A DNA stretch of 64,000 nt from Octopus bimaculoides (lineage: Eukaryota): the NCBI RefSeq assembly GCF_001194135.2, contig NC_069001.1, positions 38,741,278-38,805,277 on the forward strand, written 5' to 3'. Below, one piece after another: positions 1 to 12,602 of this stretch. Every line of letters begins with the position of its first letter. Positions within the stretch are counted from its first letter, which is position 1. The translations under genes were made by a program, and so were the position numbers. The notes beneath the pieces are model-generated. The model saw only the letters and a program-made list of their open reading frames with translations. It searched no databases and was not told where the DNA came from.

Positions 1-55
1 AAATTGTCGATATTTTGTATTTTAAATTTAATTTCGTGCATATACATGAGGACGG

Positions 56-99
<44 letters not shown>

Positions 100-159
100 A
101 TATACACACACGTTTATGTATTTGTTTTGCAAGATTTCTGAAACCGTGTGTTGAAACGT

Positions 160-176
160 GTTTGTGTGTGTGTGTG

Positions 177-214
<38 letters not shown>

Positions 215-395
215 CATATGCGCGCGCGCGCACACACACACACATGCATATGCGCGCGCGCGCACACACACACACAAAGAGTCGCACAACGATATAAGAA
301 AGAGAAAGAGAGAGAGAAAAAGAGCGAGAGAAAGTATGTGTGTGCGTGCGGATTCGTGTGTGAATGTGTGTGCTTGTGTGCGTGTGCGCACGTGA
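160..395. repeat. Compound (TG)/(CA)/(CG) microsatellite with a ~36 bp tandem duplication
   Basis: acacacacatgcatatgcgcgcgcgcgcacac occurs twice back to back among alternating purine-pyrimidine runs. Confidence 0.9.
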
Positions 396-699
396 AGAAT
401 TTAACAAACAAACAAATCGAAAATTGGTAATAGTGATAAAGGGAGGAAACTCTGTATTTAACCTTTCAAAGAGTGCGTGTGTGCAAGACAGAAGCGTGCG
501 CTTACATACGTACGAGAAGACGTATATTNNNNNNNNNNGAATTGCTTAATATAAAGAAAAGTATGATTTTTCAAGCAAATACAGTTAGAAAAAATATTTA
601 CCACAAAGAGAAAGACACAAAAATAAAATAACACGTGTCAAATTTTTTTCTTTTTCTAAAAATGTTCAATGACGTTAACTGGAGTGTGGGGTTCGAGTA

Positions 700-830
700 G
701 ACGTCATTCCACCTTTTGATTTATCATTACCATTCTTTTCGTTCGATTTTCTTTTTCTTCCACTTTTGTGTTTTTTCTGTCCTTGTGTTGTTCCCTCTGT
801 GTTTCGACTCTGTGTGGTTAATAAAAAAAT
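700..830 (+). mobile_element. Probable 3' UTR remnant of a Tx1-like LINE (or a SINE tail derived from one)
   Basis: ctgtccttgtgttgttccctctgtgttt...tgtggttaataaaaaaa resembles the tails at 58410-58470, 37620-37685 and 26400-26470. Confidence 0.4.
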
Positions 831-1049
831 CAATTCGTCAGGTATGTATATGTACGTGTAGATGTGTATGCGTGTCTATGTGTGTGTGTGTTTAATAACG
901 TACCGTATGTCTGTACTTTTGTATGTATTATAAACTAAGGAAGTAGAAGCACTTGTACAGAGAGACAAAGAATTTTATGTGTAAAATTTTATGTGTAAAA
1001 TTTGAATGAAATTGGTTGTGTAGTTCTGGAGTTTTAGGGATTCACATGG

Positions 1050-1080
<31 letters not shown>

Positions 1081-1109
1081 TTCTCATTTATATATATATA
1101 TAGATAGAT

Positions 1110-1222
1110 AGTTTCATTTTTCATTGATTTTAGTTGTTTCGGTCATTTGACTGCAGCCATGCTGGTTCATCACCTTAAAGGGTTTTAGTCGAAGAAATCG
1201 ACCCCAGGACTTGTTCTTTGTA
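1110..1222 (-). mobile_element. SINE group B, 3' end (cut by N gap)
   Basis: Reverse complement of the group B tail (ccagcatggctgcagtcaaatgaccgaaacaactaaaa), shared with 9830-9870 and 34790-34830. Confidence 0.8.
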
Positions 1223-2149
1223 ANNNNNNNNNNNNNNNNNNNNNNNNNNNNNNNNNNNNNNNNNNNNNNNNNNNNNNNNNNNNNNNNNNNNNNNNNNNNN
1301 NNNNNNNNNNNNNNNNNNNNNNNNNNNNNNNNNNNNNNNNNNNNNNNNNNNNNNNNNNNNNNNNNNNNNNNNNNNNNNNNNNNNNNNNNNNNNNNNNNNN
1401 NNNNNNNNNNNNNNNNNNNNNNNNNNNNNNNNNNNNNNNNNNNNNNNNNNNNNNNNNNNNNNNNNNNNNNNNNNNNNNNNNNNNNNNNNNNNNNNNNNNN
1501 NNNNNNNNNNNNNNNNNNNNNNNNNNNNNNNNNNNNNNNNNNNNNNNNNNNNNNNNNNNNNNNNNNNNNNNNNNNNNNNNNNNNNNNNNNNNNNNNNNNN
1601 NNNNNNNNNNNNNNNNNNNNNNNNNNNNNNNNNNNNNNNNNNNNNNNNNNNNNNNNNNNNNNNNNNNNNNNNNNNNNNNNNNNNNNNNNNNNNNNNNNNN
1701 NNNNNNNNNNNNNNNNNNNNNNNNNNNNNNNNNNNNNNNNNNNNNNNNNNNNNNNNNNNNNNNNNNNNNNNNNNNNNNNNNNNNNNNNNNNNNNNNNNNN
1801 NNNNNNNNNNNNNNNNNNNNNNNNNNNNNNNNNNNNNNNNNNNNNNNNNNNNNNNNNNNNNNNNNNNNNNNNNNNNNNNNNNNNNNNNNNNNNNNNNNNN
1901 NNNNNNNNNNNNNNNNNNNNNNNNNNNNNNNNNNNNNNNNNNNNNNNNNNNNNNNNNNNNNNNNNNNNNNNNNNNNNNNNNNNNNNNNNNNNNNNNNNNN
2001 NNNNNNNNNNNNNNNNNNNNNNNNNNNNNNNNNNNNNNNNNNNNNNNNNNNNNNNNNNNNNNNNNNNNNNNNNNNNNNNNNNNNNNNNNNNNNNNNNNNN
2101 NNNNNNNNNNNNNNNNTCTAGCACTATGTCTTTTTCCATTTGTGAGTGA

Positions 2150-2690
2150 TTATTAAAATTGTTTTTTTTTTTCAATTTTCATAATTTTTTTCTTTTTTTG
2201 ATAGTCAAATTTTCATGGACTTCACAGTGTTTACCGTTTTACAAAATCAAACCAGAAAACTGGACAAAACAGAGAACACAAATGAAAAAGAAAATTAAAA
2301 AGAAAAAAGAAAAGAAAAAAAAAGAGAAAGAAAAAAGAGAAAAAAGAAAAGAAGCCAAAATAATTCACCATTTTGAGTTGAAAAGTTGGGGGCGCTGAGA
2401 AACCTTTCTAATGGCCCTTGAGGCACGCCAGCACACTTGCAGCGTTGCTGCGGGTGATGGCGAGGCTGATGCGCCGGAACAGCCAAGCGCCCTCGCGGGC
2501 CTCACCAGTTACCTCTGCAAAGCGAGATGCCAGTGAAGACAGAAATCTCGCAGTTAGTGGTTCGACCCCACCAAACGTCTCGAATGCCACAAATCGCGGT
2601 ATTTCAGGATTTTGTTCCGCTTGGCAGCAGATGCTGTGGATCTCGCCCTGACCGCAAGGATTCAAATAAAGCAACCCTGCAAAACACAAC
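2150..2690 (-). mobile_element. CRE-like (restriction-like endonuclease) non-LTR retrotransposon, decayed 3' fragment
   Basis: Minus strand reads ...AAKRNKILKYRDL / FVAFETFGG...FLSSLASRFAEVTGEAREGAWLFRRISLAITRSNAASVL*, resembling the CRE-clade C-terminus (ETLG...QRLSxAxQRGNA). A T-rich 3' UTR and A-rich tail follow toward 2150. Confidence 0.6.
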
Positions 2691-3250
2691 TGATCTTTAA
2701 ACACAGACGCACAGAATAACAACAATCAAATAACGACGGCGGAGAGCACAACAAACATCAGCGATCTGACTGTTGCCTGTATTCTTGACAAGAGATGCCA
2801 GTTCGTCTTTTACACCTACCAGGTTCGTTCATATCAGCTCGAGTTGCTGGATAAATGTTCATTTCTTTAAGAATATTGTAGACCGGAAAGTTTTCATAGA
2901 TTGGAATTTAAATCCTAATCTGTATAGAAATTTATTGTTTCAAGAAAACATTTGATTTGAATTACTTTTAATTTTTACGATTATAGATAAGAACTCGGGC
3001 TGTAACTTCTGAGTCCGAGTCAGGCGCATGCTAACGATGTCGACAGAACGCCTGCTACGAATGATATTTTTTGACGTAGGGCACCTGCAAGACGACCGCC
3101 AGACACTGAACGAAAATAAATGAACTGCGACCAGGCTCAATAAAAGGAGTCCGAGTTATTGGCTGCAATTATATACTTGAAGTCCAGTGTTGGTAGAAAT
3201 TAAATCAGATTGCAAATACACGTTCACTTTACTAAATTTATACTCGGGCT

Positions 3251-3565
3251 AAGCCTGAACAAATAAATGATTAAAGAACGGACACCCAACACACCATATC
3301 TATTATTATTAAAGGCGGCAGCTGGACAGAAACGCTTAGCGGCATTTCGTCTGTCTTTAGGTTCTGGTATTTAATCTATTGATCCCGAAAAAGACGAAAG
3401 GTAAAGTCGACCTCAGTGGAATTTGAACTCAGAACCTAAAGACAGACGAAAGGCCGCTAAGCGTTTTGTCCAGCGTGCTAACGACTCTGCCAGCTCGCCG
3501 CCTTTAATAATAATAGATATGGTGTGTTGGGTGTCCGTTCTTTCATCATTTATTTGTTCAGGCTT
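3251..3565. repeat. Local inverted duplication (arms 3251-3366 and 3430-3565, 63 bp spacer)
   Basis: Left arm aagcctgaacaaataaatga...ctttaggttctg is the reverse complement of the right arm apart from a 20 bp deletion and a few substitutions. Confidence 0.9.
3367..3504 (-). mobile_element. SINE group A, 3'-truncated
   Basis: Head ggcggcgagctggcagagtcgttagc, B-box gagttcaaattcc and core gtcgactttacctttcg on the minus strand. Confidence 0.85.
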
Positions 3566-3569
3566 GTCT

Positions 3570-4444
3570 TGGATCCATTTCTCATCACATGTTACAATTC
3601 GATCAAAAATGATTCATTTTTGTGGCGAGAAAGTAGCATAATGCAGGCTTCCAAACGTTGCTGTTTCTGATTTTCTTTGAGTTCATGTCGAACCCACTTA
3701 TCCAACTTTTTCGTTTTACCGATTTGAACCAGGTGAGTCAATATTGTTTGCTTGCTAACATCAAACAACAACGATAATTCACGGACACTTGGAAATGGAT
3801 CCGACTCGACGGTGGCCTTCAGTTCATTACCCACCTTTGTTTCTACAGGCGGCGAGCTGGCAGAAACGTTTGCACTCCGGGCAAAATGCGTAGCGGCATT
3901 TTGTCAGACTTGTGTTCTGAGTTCAAATTCCGCCGAGGTCGACTTTGCCTTTCATCCTTTCGAGGTCGATAAATTAAGTACCAGTTGCGTACTAGGGTTG
4001 ATCTAATCGACTGGCTCCCCTCCCCCAAAATTTCGGGCCTTGTGCCTAGAGTAGAAAAGATTATCCACCTTTGTTTCTGGTCGACCGCGTTGCTCATTTG
4101 TGAGGCCAAAGTTACCAGAACGAAATTTTGCAAACCAATTTGATACTGTCAGCTATATATAATAACATTAGAATGAAATAATCCATTAATATTCCGAGCT
4201 GTCTGTGATGCTGTATTTCCAAGAAAGAACTCATATTTCAAAACTGTACGAATTTCCGACTTATCCATCTCTAAACAAAAATAGCAAAAAACAATTTATA
4301 AAGCGCAAAATAAGTCAGAATAAAAAAATAGATGTATCAGCTTTCTAACAAAAATATTGTCAAAATATAATAATGGCGCAAAATGAGCAGCTATCAAAGT
4401 TTACCGCATACCTTACTACAAATTTTTTAGTTGATGACCTAATA
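3570..4444 (-). mobile_element. Mariner transposon, 5' half (TIR plus N-terminal transposase pseudogene), interrupted by a SINE
   Basis: TIR ttaggtcatcaactaa next to TA at 4443-4444; ATG at 4268. MDKSEIRTVLKYEF...TVSNWFAKFRSGNFGLTNEQRGRPETKV|GNELKATVESDP...KKLDKWVRHEL...RIVTCDEKWI matches the Mos1-type HTH region and first catalytic Asp. Confidence 0.9.
3845..4064 (+). mobile_element. SINE group A, full length, 14 bp TSD
   Basis: tRNA-like head, core gcctttcatcctttcgaggtcgataaattaagtaccag, tail gccttgtgcctagagtagaaaagattat; ccacctttgtttct at 3831-3844 and 4065-4078. Confidence 0.92.
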
Positions 4445-4968
4445 TAATGGAATTTTCTATAATATATATTTCTATCTGTACATCACCAGTATGTTTGAAT
4501 TAAATACTATAATTTTCATAAACAAGTACTGTTTACAAATGCCACAAAAGCCACTGCTTCCGCAAGTGATCTCCTTTTGTCTTTTGACAGTCACACATTT
4601 CTGCCGCTCGCCGTGCATACAAGTCTACTGACATACAAACTCACATGTGTCTGTATACATATGCAATAATGCACACATAAGCATATATCCCTACACACGT
4701 GCACAGTTTTGTTAACAGCTGATTAGCCAACTCTCTTACAGACATAAACAATATCCGTGACTCGCGTGACACACACACACACACACACATCTACTCACAT
4801 TTACTATCTCGCTTTTCTCTCTCATTCACAAATAGTCACGTGAACGTACTATTTCTCACGCATACACCTACCCACGTACACGTGGAGACACACTGTCTCT
4901 CATACAAACATACACTTCCATACACACGACACATATTCTTTGTCTCTTTCTTTCTGTCTGTCTGTCTG

Positions 4969-5021
<53 letters not shown>

Positions 5022-5164
5022 GTGTCTCTCCTTTTTTCTCCCTCTCTCTCCTTCACACACGCTATGCAACTTGCTTTCTCACACATACGCACTATTTCTC
5101 AAGCACACACACACATTCTTCCTTCCCCCCTCTCTCTCTCTGTCTCTCTCTTTCACTACTCCCG

Positions 5165-5306
5165 TCAACACCACCACCGCTAGTATCACCATCGCCGCAA
5201 CCATTACCACCATCACCAGAGTCGTCATCACCATCGCTAACATCCTCATTCTCATTGTCGTCGTCGTCGTCCTCCTCCTCCTATTTATCATCATCGTCAC
5301 TATCAT

Positions 5307-5356
<50 letters not shown>

Positions 5357-5395
5357 TCCTCAGTCTCATTGTCGTTCTTGCTCATTAGGTTAATC
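5165..5395. repeat. Cryptic in-phase trinucleotide tract (ACC/ATC/GTC/CTC/AGC)
   Basis: About 75 consecutive in-register triplets grading between motifs. Confidence 0.8.
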
Positions 5396-5795
5396 ACCAT
5401 TCCCATAAATCACAATCCTTGTCGTTTGTCCGAAGCCATCCCACTCCCCCCACACAACATGCCTCTCCGCACGTCCCCCACCACACACCCTCATAACCCC
5501 CCCCGCCCTCCGCTCTTCTACCCCATCAATACTTTCTTTTCCATTTCTAATCAAATCTTCTGTCATGTCACTTCAGCAACAGATCGAAGCCAATACGAAC
5601 GACATCGATGTCCACAGCTTCCACAAACGCCATCTTGTCAGGAATCTGGAGAGATTCATCATAAAAACGAAAATGTTGATATTGTATTTAAAACTGGTTG
5701 GGAGGTTCCTTCTACATTGAAACGTGTGTATACGATGGTGCGTGTGTATATATATGGGTGTGTATCTATGTATTTACTTACATACGTATAGATAC

Positions 5796-5826
<31 letters not shown>

Positions 5827-7059
5827 TTGCTTCCTGTGTGTAGTTATACACCCGACTGTTATTGGTGAACATGCAGAGTATTTGCTCTGTGTCAACATAA
5901 AGTAATAAAGTGTTCTCCCGAAGAACTGTTGCGAATCTGCATCCATTTGCACTATGAACGTTTACTGTAACAACAACAACAACAACGACGACGACGACGA
6001 CGACGACGACCACAACAACAACAGCAACAACAAACACACGATCAAAGAATATAATATGAGAACTGAAGCAAGTAGCTACCATTGTTTTGGAATAAATGCT
6101 TAAATAAGCGAAACAAACAACTGCAGTCCTTCCTCATTGGTTAAAACGTACTTTAGTCGTCTGCCGTCATTTCTGCATTTGATTTTGCTTGTAGTTATTA
6201 AAAAGATGGTCGCAATATCCCGGCAGCTAATCGCAACACCAGTGATTTTCCTATATCGGAAGCGATGGATTTTGTTCCAGCAATACGGCTGGCTGTGGCT
6301 ACAGGCCCATTCACGCACAAATGCTCGCCAAGCGTTCTCACTGCCGCTGCTGACGGACGACGATTTTCGTCTGCTACTAATAATAGTTTGGCGTTTATAA
6401 TAAGCACAGTACACAGATGATATTATCTCCAGACGAATGCCACAGTAAAATTGCCGTTCACAGTCTATCTGCATCAAGTATGGTACATAAATGGCTCTAT
6501 GTAGACACGCACACACATACACACGCACACACATACACACGCACACACACAATTGTGTATGTGTGTATATCATAAGCAGTCTGGATCGATGTTAAGTCTA
6601 TGCCGCCTTAGTTTCATTTTAGGGAGTGGCGGTCTACGTCGCTGTTGATGTGGAAATTATGTGTGTTTGAAGGGAAGAAGAGGAGAAAGATGCAGTCAAA
6701 GGAAGTGCATTGTGACCAGCGATGTAAAGCAACACCTGATAGTTTGGACGATTGAGCGATACAGCGACAGAAGGAAAAAAAGAAGAAACAATTATACGCG
6801 TTATTTTAATTTTGCTACAATAATTAATTTTAAGTAGAAGCTCATAAGTCTGGCTGATAGTTTGCACTGAGCAAGAATTATCCGAATATCGTTAAATTGT
6901 CAAATCTCAGATACAAAAGCATAATCGAAATGGTAATTCCGAAGAGAGTTCATAAAATTTTTAAGGCGTAACAGCATTAAATAAGAAAGGTACCTCACAT
7001 ACGGACTGTATCTTCGTATTTCTTACACTACCTCTCAATATATAAATCATAGATTCTAT

Positions 7060-7720
7060 CATAGTTAGTGTACGTTGGAGATAACCTTCTGAATAGTAAC
7101 ATGTCACCAGCAAATATCAACCGACTTCATCCGTAACCGTTGATTTTCATACCACTTCCACCGCGGTTATGCATATCAATCCAAATAGAAGAGGTGACAA
7201 TACGCATCTAACACTCAGCATCCAATACTCAGATAGAAAGGTTTCGACTTCGTAACCTTTTCTCCGAACGCAACAGACACTGAGAGATTCGTACAGAGAC
7301 TTCAAGATAGCAGAAACTGATCGTACATTCCAAATTCCTGCACCTCACCCCACACTCTATGTTCCGTGGTCACAAGCCTTTTGAAAATCTCGAAAGCAAA
7401 CCTGCACCTCTTGACAATCTTCCTACGATTTCTCCAAGAAATAGTGTGAATATTTGGAGGGTTAGGCATCGTCCAAGATGAAAGCCAAAAACATTCCTCG
7501 TCACTTTAGACTCGACAATGTCTTTACTATATCTCTTTCTCAGAGACGTAGCGTAGACTTCGCCGAGGATGCGATAGCGCTGTGACAATAACATAATAGC
7601 TTCAGCACTCAATCAGCAGAAGAAGGTGAAAAGCTTTGAGTTTACCTGCAAAACCAGAGATCAGCTTAACTAACCACTTTATCCTAGAGTCTTCCTGTCT
7701 ACCTCTGAACAATTACGAAT
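7060..7720 (-). pseudogene. RTE-clade LINE reverse transcriptase fragment
   Basis: With frameshifts: GEVYATSLRKRYSKDIVESK...GFHLGRCLTLQIFTL...VWGEVQEFG...VLSPLLF...GMKING..SRLIFAGDMLL, resembling RT motifs GFRPGR/QIFTL, QGxxLSPLLF and LLFADD. Confidence 0.8.
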
Positions 7721-8002
7721 TTTTCACATTCCGCACTCGTTCCTCATTTCTTGCTATGTATATTTGCAGTTCTCTTCAATGTTCTGTCTTAATATAAAGA
7801 TATAAATTGATTTGATACTTGATGACTGCTTGTTTATGATTTCTTTCTGTTATATCTACACCAGTTCGATCGACACATTGCCGATAGCCAATCCTTATTT
7901 TAGGCAGATCTCACATCCCTGCACTGATCGTTGGAGTTTAGGCACTAATTCGACAGCTTCAACACTTAATGTATAAAAACTTATTATCTTATGTCATTTG
8001 AC

Positions 8003-8053
<51 letters not shown>

Positions 8054-8274
8054 TAGACAGATAAACAGAATTCAAGTAATGCCTCTCTATACAAACTCAA
8101 CCAGTTTGCGAGACCGATTGAATTACGTCATAAAAATCATGTGAACTTAAGTGGTTAATATTTTAAAAGTAATCGTTATTTCGTAGTGTGATTATGTGGA
8201 TGTTATATTCAAACTGTAGAGTAATTACTGACCACCTCGCCGTAGCCAACGCTGTAAAACAATAGACTGGAACG

Positions 8275-8450
8275 CCTATCTAGTGGTCACGCAATCTAAT
8301 AAAATCAGTAGCCAAATCTCACTCAAATTACACCCAAGGTCACATGAGATGATGTCGTTCTGGACGTTGAGACAGGATGACAGCGACTGGAATACCTTTG
8401 GTCGTAACTCGGGTCGATCAGGGCTGACCTAGAGTTGAAATAACAACAGA
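8275..8450 (+). repeat. Unclassified interspersed repeat group C
   Basis: agccaaatctcactcaaat...ctggaatacctttg...gatcagggctgacctag...aacaac. Related copies at about 9165-9330, 9925-10140, 11370-11530, 17870-18035, 20075-20170, 24130-24660, 25065-25140, 30320-30560, 39330-39510, 42230-42470 and 60745-60910. Confidence 0.75.
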
Positions 8451-9379
8451 TATGACCACCACTACCACCACCACCACCACCACCACCACCACCACCGTAC
8501 TGCTACTGCTCCTACTACCCTCAACCACCACAAACATACCACGACACAACAACAGCAACCACCACCAGCACCACCTCAGCCGTCAGCGCCACCATGATCA
8601 CCAATAAGTCGAATCCTCAGTTCACGGTTTCAATTTGTGATTGCAGCAAATTCACTAATCACCTCTCCAAGACATCATTTTATTCCCTTCCCAGTGGGTC
8701 GTCTGTTCTTCAAATCCATCTTGTGCAACACACGTATACACACACACACACACATTCTCTCTCTCTCTCTCTCTCTCTAATATTCTTTTCTTGCCTCCCT
8801 AATACTCTTACTCTTTCCTTCTCTACCCACTCACTTTCTCTCTCACACACACGCTTTCTCTCTCTATCACTTCCCCTCACACTGTAACTTCCACTCTGTC
8901 ATTCTTCCTACCTCTCTCTCTCTCTCCCTCTCTCTCCTTCTCACTCACACACTATCACACTCAGCCCCCCCCCTCTATTAAATTTTTATCTAAATTCCAT
9001 TCTCTAAACTTCAGCAATATTAATTCTGCGACGCATTTTCACTTCTCGATTCACAATATTCCATTAAGGCCGGCATGAGCGCCACAACATCGCATTTCCA
9101 CACCTTTACAAGTAATTAAGAAAAAGACTTGAAACGACAACCCAACAAGGATCCTTTATGCGGCAATCAACTTGCTAGAAATAACAGTCAACACTCCTTC
9201 AAACCACCGTCTAAAACATGGATACATTGGACAATACAATATACAAAATATATGGGATAGTCACCGCTGGAATACCTGTGATCATTGGTCTCCCAGATCA
9301 GGGTTGACCTAGGGCTAAATAATAACAATAGCAAAATGAAATTTGTTCTCTTCTACGATTGATTTCTCTCACTTGCAAT

Positions 9380-9885
9380 GTCTTTCGGGCGTGGCTGAGT
9401 TAAGGAACTCGTTTCACAACCCAGTTGTTTCTGGTTCAGTCCCACTGTGCGGTACCTTGAACAAGAAGCCCGTCGTATATGCATGCATACATACATGTAT
9501 GTATGTATATATAAATATATATATGTATGTATGTATGTATATAAATTCATTACACACACACGTGTGTGTGTGTGTGCGCACGTGTATATGTATATATATA
9601 TATATATATATATACACATACATACATACATACACATGTGTGGATGTGTGTATGCATATATGTATGTGTGCCTTTGCGTTTGTGTTTGTTTGCCACCACC
9701 GCTTGACAACCGGTGTTCCGGTGTTGGTTTGTTTATGTCAACGTAACCTAGCGGTTCGGCAAAAAGAGAGATCGATGGAATAAATAGCAGTGTCGATCTA
9801 TTCAGCTAAAACTCTCTAAGGTGGTGCCCCAGCATGGCTGCAGTCCAATGACTGAAACAAGTAAAAGAATAAAACATATTCTAAA
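9380..9885 (+). mobile_element. SINE group B with internal microsatellite and partial head deletion
   Basis: A-box-like ggcgtggctgagttaag, B-box-like ggttcagtccc, gaagcccgtcg then (TATG/TA/TG)n, then ccgcttgacaaccgg...ccagcatggctgcagtccaatgactgaaacaagtaaaagaata. Confidence 0.85.
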
Positions 9886-10311
9886 TTCTTTTTTGTCTTT
9901 TTTTTGAAATTTCTGACCCAATGACGGAGCCTCCCCAAGGTCACCCGCATGCTAAATATAACAACTAAACCTTCCTCATACTTCATCCTACCGGCTAAAA
10001 ATAAATAAATAAAAGGAAAGGCATAATGGATAATGTAGTCGATTGTCTGAAGGAAATATAATAGATGGTCACGGCCGGAGCGTCTTTGATTATTGATCTG
10101 TTCCATCAGTGTTGACCTAGGGTTATATAACAATAGCAGCAACAACTCTATAGTATGAAGCAAGTAAATGGTCATGAGGCTAGGAATGCCGAACAATCCA
10201 GTGACATAGTTTTCGGTGATACAACGGTGTCGATAGAGAATCTTCATCTTACACAAACTCTCTCTCTGTTCCTCTCCAGCATTCTTTATATGCAACCTCG
10301 CCTTTTGGATA

Positions 10312-10347
<36 letters not shown>

Positions 10348-11868
10348 GTCCATCCATCTATCTATCTGTCTATCTATCTGTGTCTGTCTATCTATCTATC
10401 AGTCCATCTATCTATCTATCAGTCTATCTATCTATCTGTCTGTCTATCTATCTATCGGTCTATCTATGTATCATTACTATCATAAACTAACGTAACTCTA
10501 CATCATTTCAAAGATGTCATATATACACATATACATGCATGCATACAAACATACATACATACATACATGCATGCATGCATACATATATGCATACATGTAC
10601 GTAGATGACATGGCCATGTTTTCACAAACCTTTGATACAAGATCTCAGGACAACGACTGGTGGTTGTCGAGTGCGGGAGGAACAGCAATATTTAGAACAG
10701 CCAAGCAGTCAGCAACTTACCCTCTCTCGCTCTCTTCTTCTTTCTTTTATCCTCCTACTTAGCTCCTCCTTCTCTGTATCTTTCTCGCATTTACTGTTCC
10801 TCCCTCTTTCTTTGTATATATTTCTTTCTCTCTTGTCTCATACTCATTCATTCTACTTCCTCTCTTACACCGTACACTCACACACACCCACACACATTCT
10901 TAAACATGCACACTCTCTTTCGCTCATTCACACATACACACACATTCACATGCACACCCACACACACATTTTTCTCTTTATCGTTCTCACTCCTCCTCTC
11001 TATCACCACTCATATTTCTCTCTCTCTCTCTCCCCCTCTCATTGTAACACATTCCTCTCTTTCTCCTCCCCTTCTCTCTATCCACCTTTACTAATCTATT
11101 CCAATGGCGATGAATTTATGATAAAATCGTTGAAGTAGTGGCGATAATACATGGCTGTTGTTACTGTTGCTGTTTAGCCCATGGCCAACACTATTCTATC
11201 AGGCCTTTTGTCAAAAGCAATCTAGTCAAACTCTGTAACCTGAAGTATTCCCACCGTGACCACCCTATCTATATATCTACTTCTACGTTGTCGGAGGGTT
11301 GCGATAATATGACGGAGATTTAGCTGCTATTTCTAGCTGGTGATATGACTCTGCAGGGGCTCCCGATGTGTTGTTGTTTAACCCCAGGTCATCCCTGATC
11401 GAGTAGACATGATTTAAAGGCATTCCAACGGTGACCATCCAGACATTTGCGGCTATATACGACATTACACAACCTGTAGTTTTTTCTTTGTAAGATGTGG
11501 TATGAAGGACATTTGGCAGCTATTTTTAGTACATCAACGAAATATCAAGAAATTCCATAATCTGGCAATTTTACGTTCTGAGTTCAAATCTCGTTGAGGT
11601 TTCTCTACTTTGCCTTTCACCCCTCGTAAGACAAGTTAGTAAAGCGGTTAGACAATGATTTCTAATAAGACACGAAGAGTAAGGGGTGGGTCCAGTTGAT
11701 TACGTCGACCCCAGTACATGACAGGTATTTTATTTCATTGATTCCCATGGAAGATGAATGGTAAAGAGGTTGACATCGGCGCGATTTGAACTCTGAACCT
11801 AAAGCCTTGTAATTAAATATCCACGAGGTACTAAGAAGCCAGTTTTTCTACATTCTACTCTGCAATAC

Positions 11869-11927
<59 letters not shown>

Positions 11928-12052
11928 CCTATCTTTCTATCTATCTATCTATCTATCTCTCTCTCTATTTGTCTGTCTGTCTGTCCGTCCGTCTGATACA
12001 TGAGTATAAATATATATATGTATATGTGTGTGTGTGTTTGTGTGAGTGTGTA

Positions 12053-12088
<36 letters not shown>

Positions 12089-12100
12089 NNNNNNNNNNTA

Positions 12101-12137
<37 letters not shown>

Positions 12138-12144
12138 GCATACA

Positions 12145-12293
12145 CACATATATAATTCCGGGTTCAGTTTTACATGCAGTAGCACTTTGGGTAAGGGTCT
12201 TCTACTATTCTACTATAACTTCGGGCCACCAAAAGCCTTGTGAGGGAAATTGGAAGAAACCTGTTCTATACACCCCCACACCACACACCCATA

Positions 12294-12324
<31 letters not shown>

Positions 12325-12571
12325 GTATGTATGTGTAATAATCAGCAGAAATCATAGTTTGACTTTTGGTAGGTTTATTTAATTATAATAGGTTTATAAA
12401 TGTAATCCCCTCGTTTTAAAAGCCGTTTGACATCTGCCAATAGACGAAACTCTCGGCCTTTCAGATACTCTTCAACTTCTGCCGATTTTAATGACAAAAA
12501 ATGTATGTATGTGTGAGTGTATGAGTGTATGTGTCTGTGTCTGTCTGTTGTCTGTTTGTCGTCTGTCTGTC

Positions 12572-12602
<31 letters not shown>

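Noticed and set aside
12340-12500. Mariner C-terminal remnant (EEYLKGREF...RGDYI)
   Set aside because: Plausible, and partly echoed near 15875, but too short and deleted to support as a feature.
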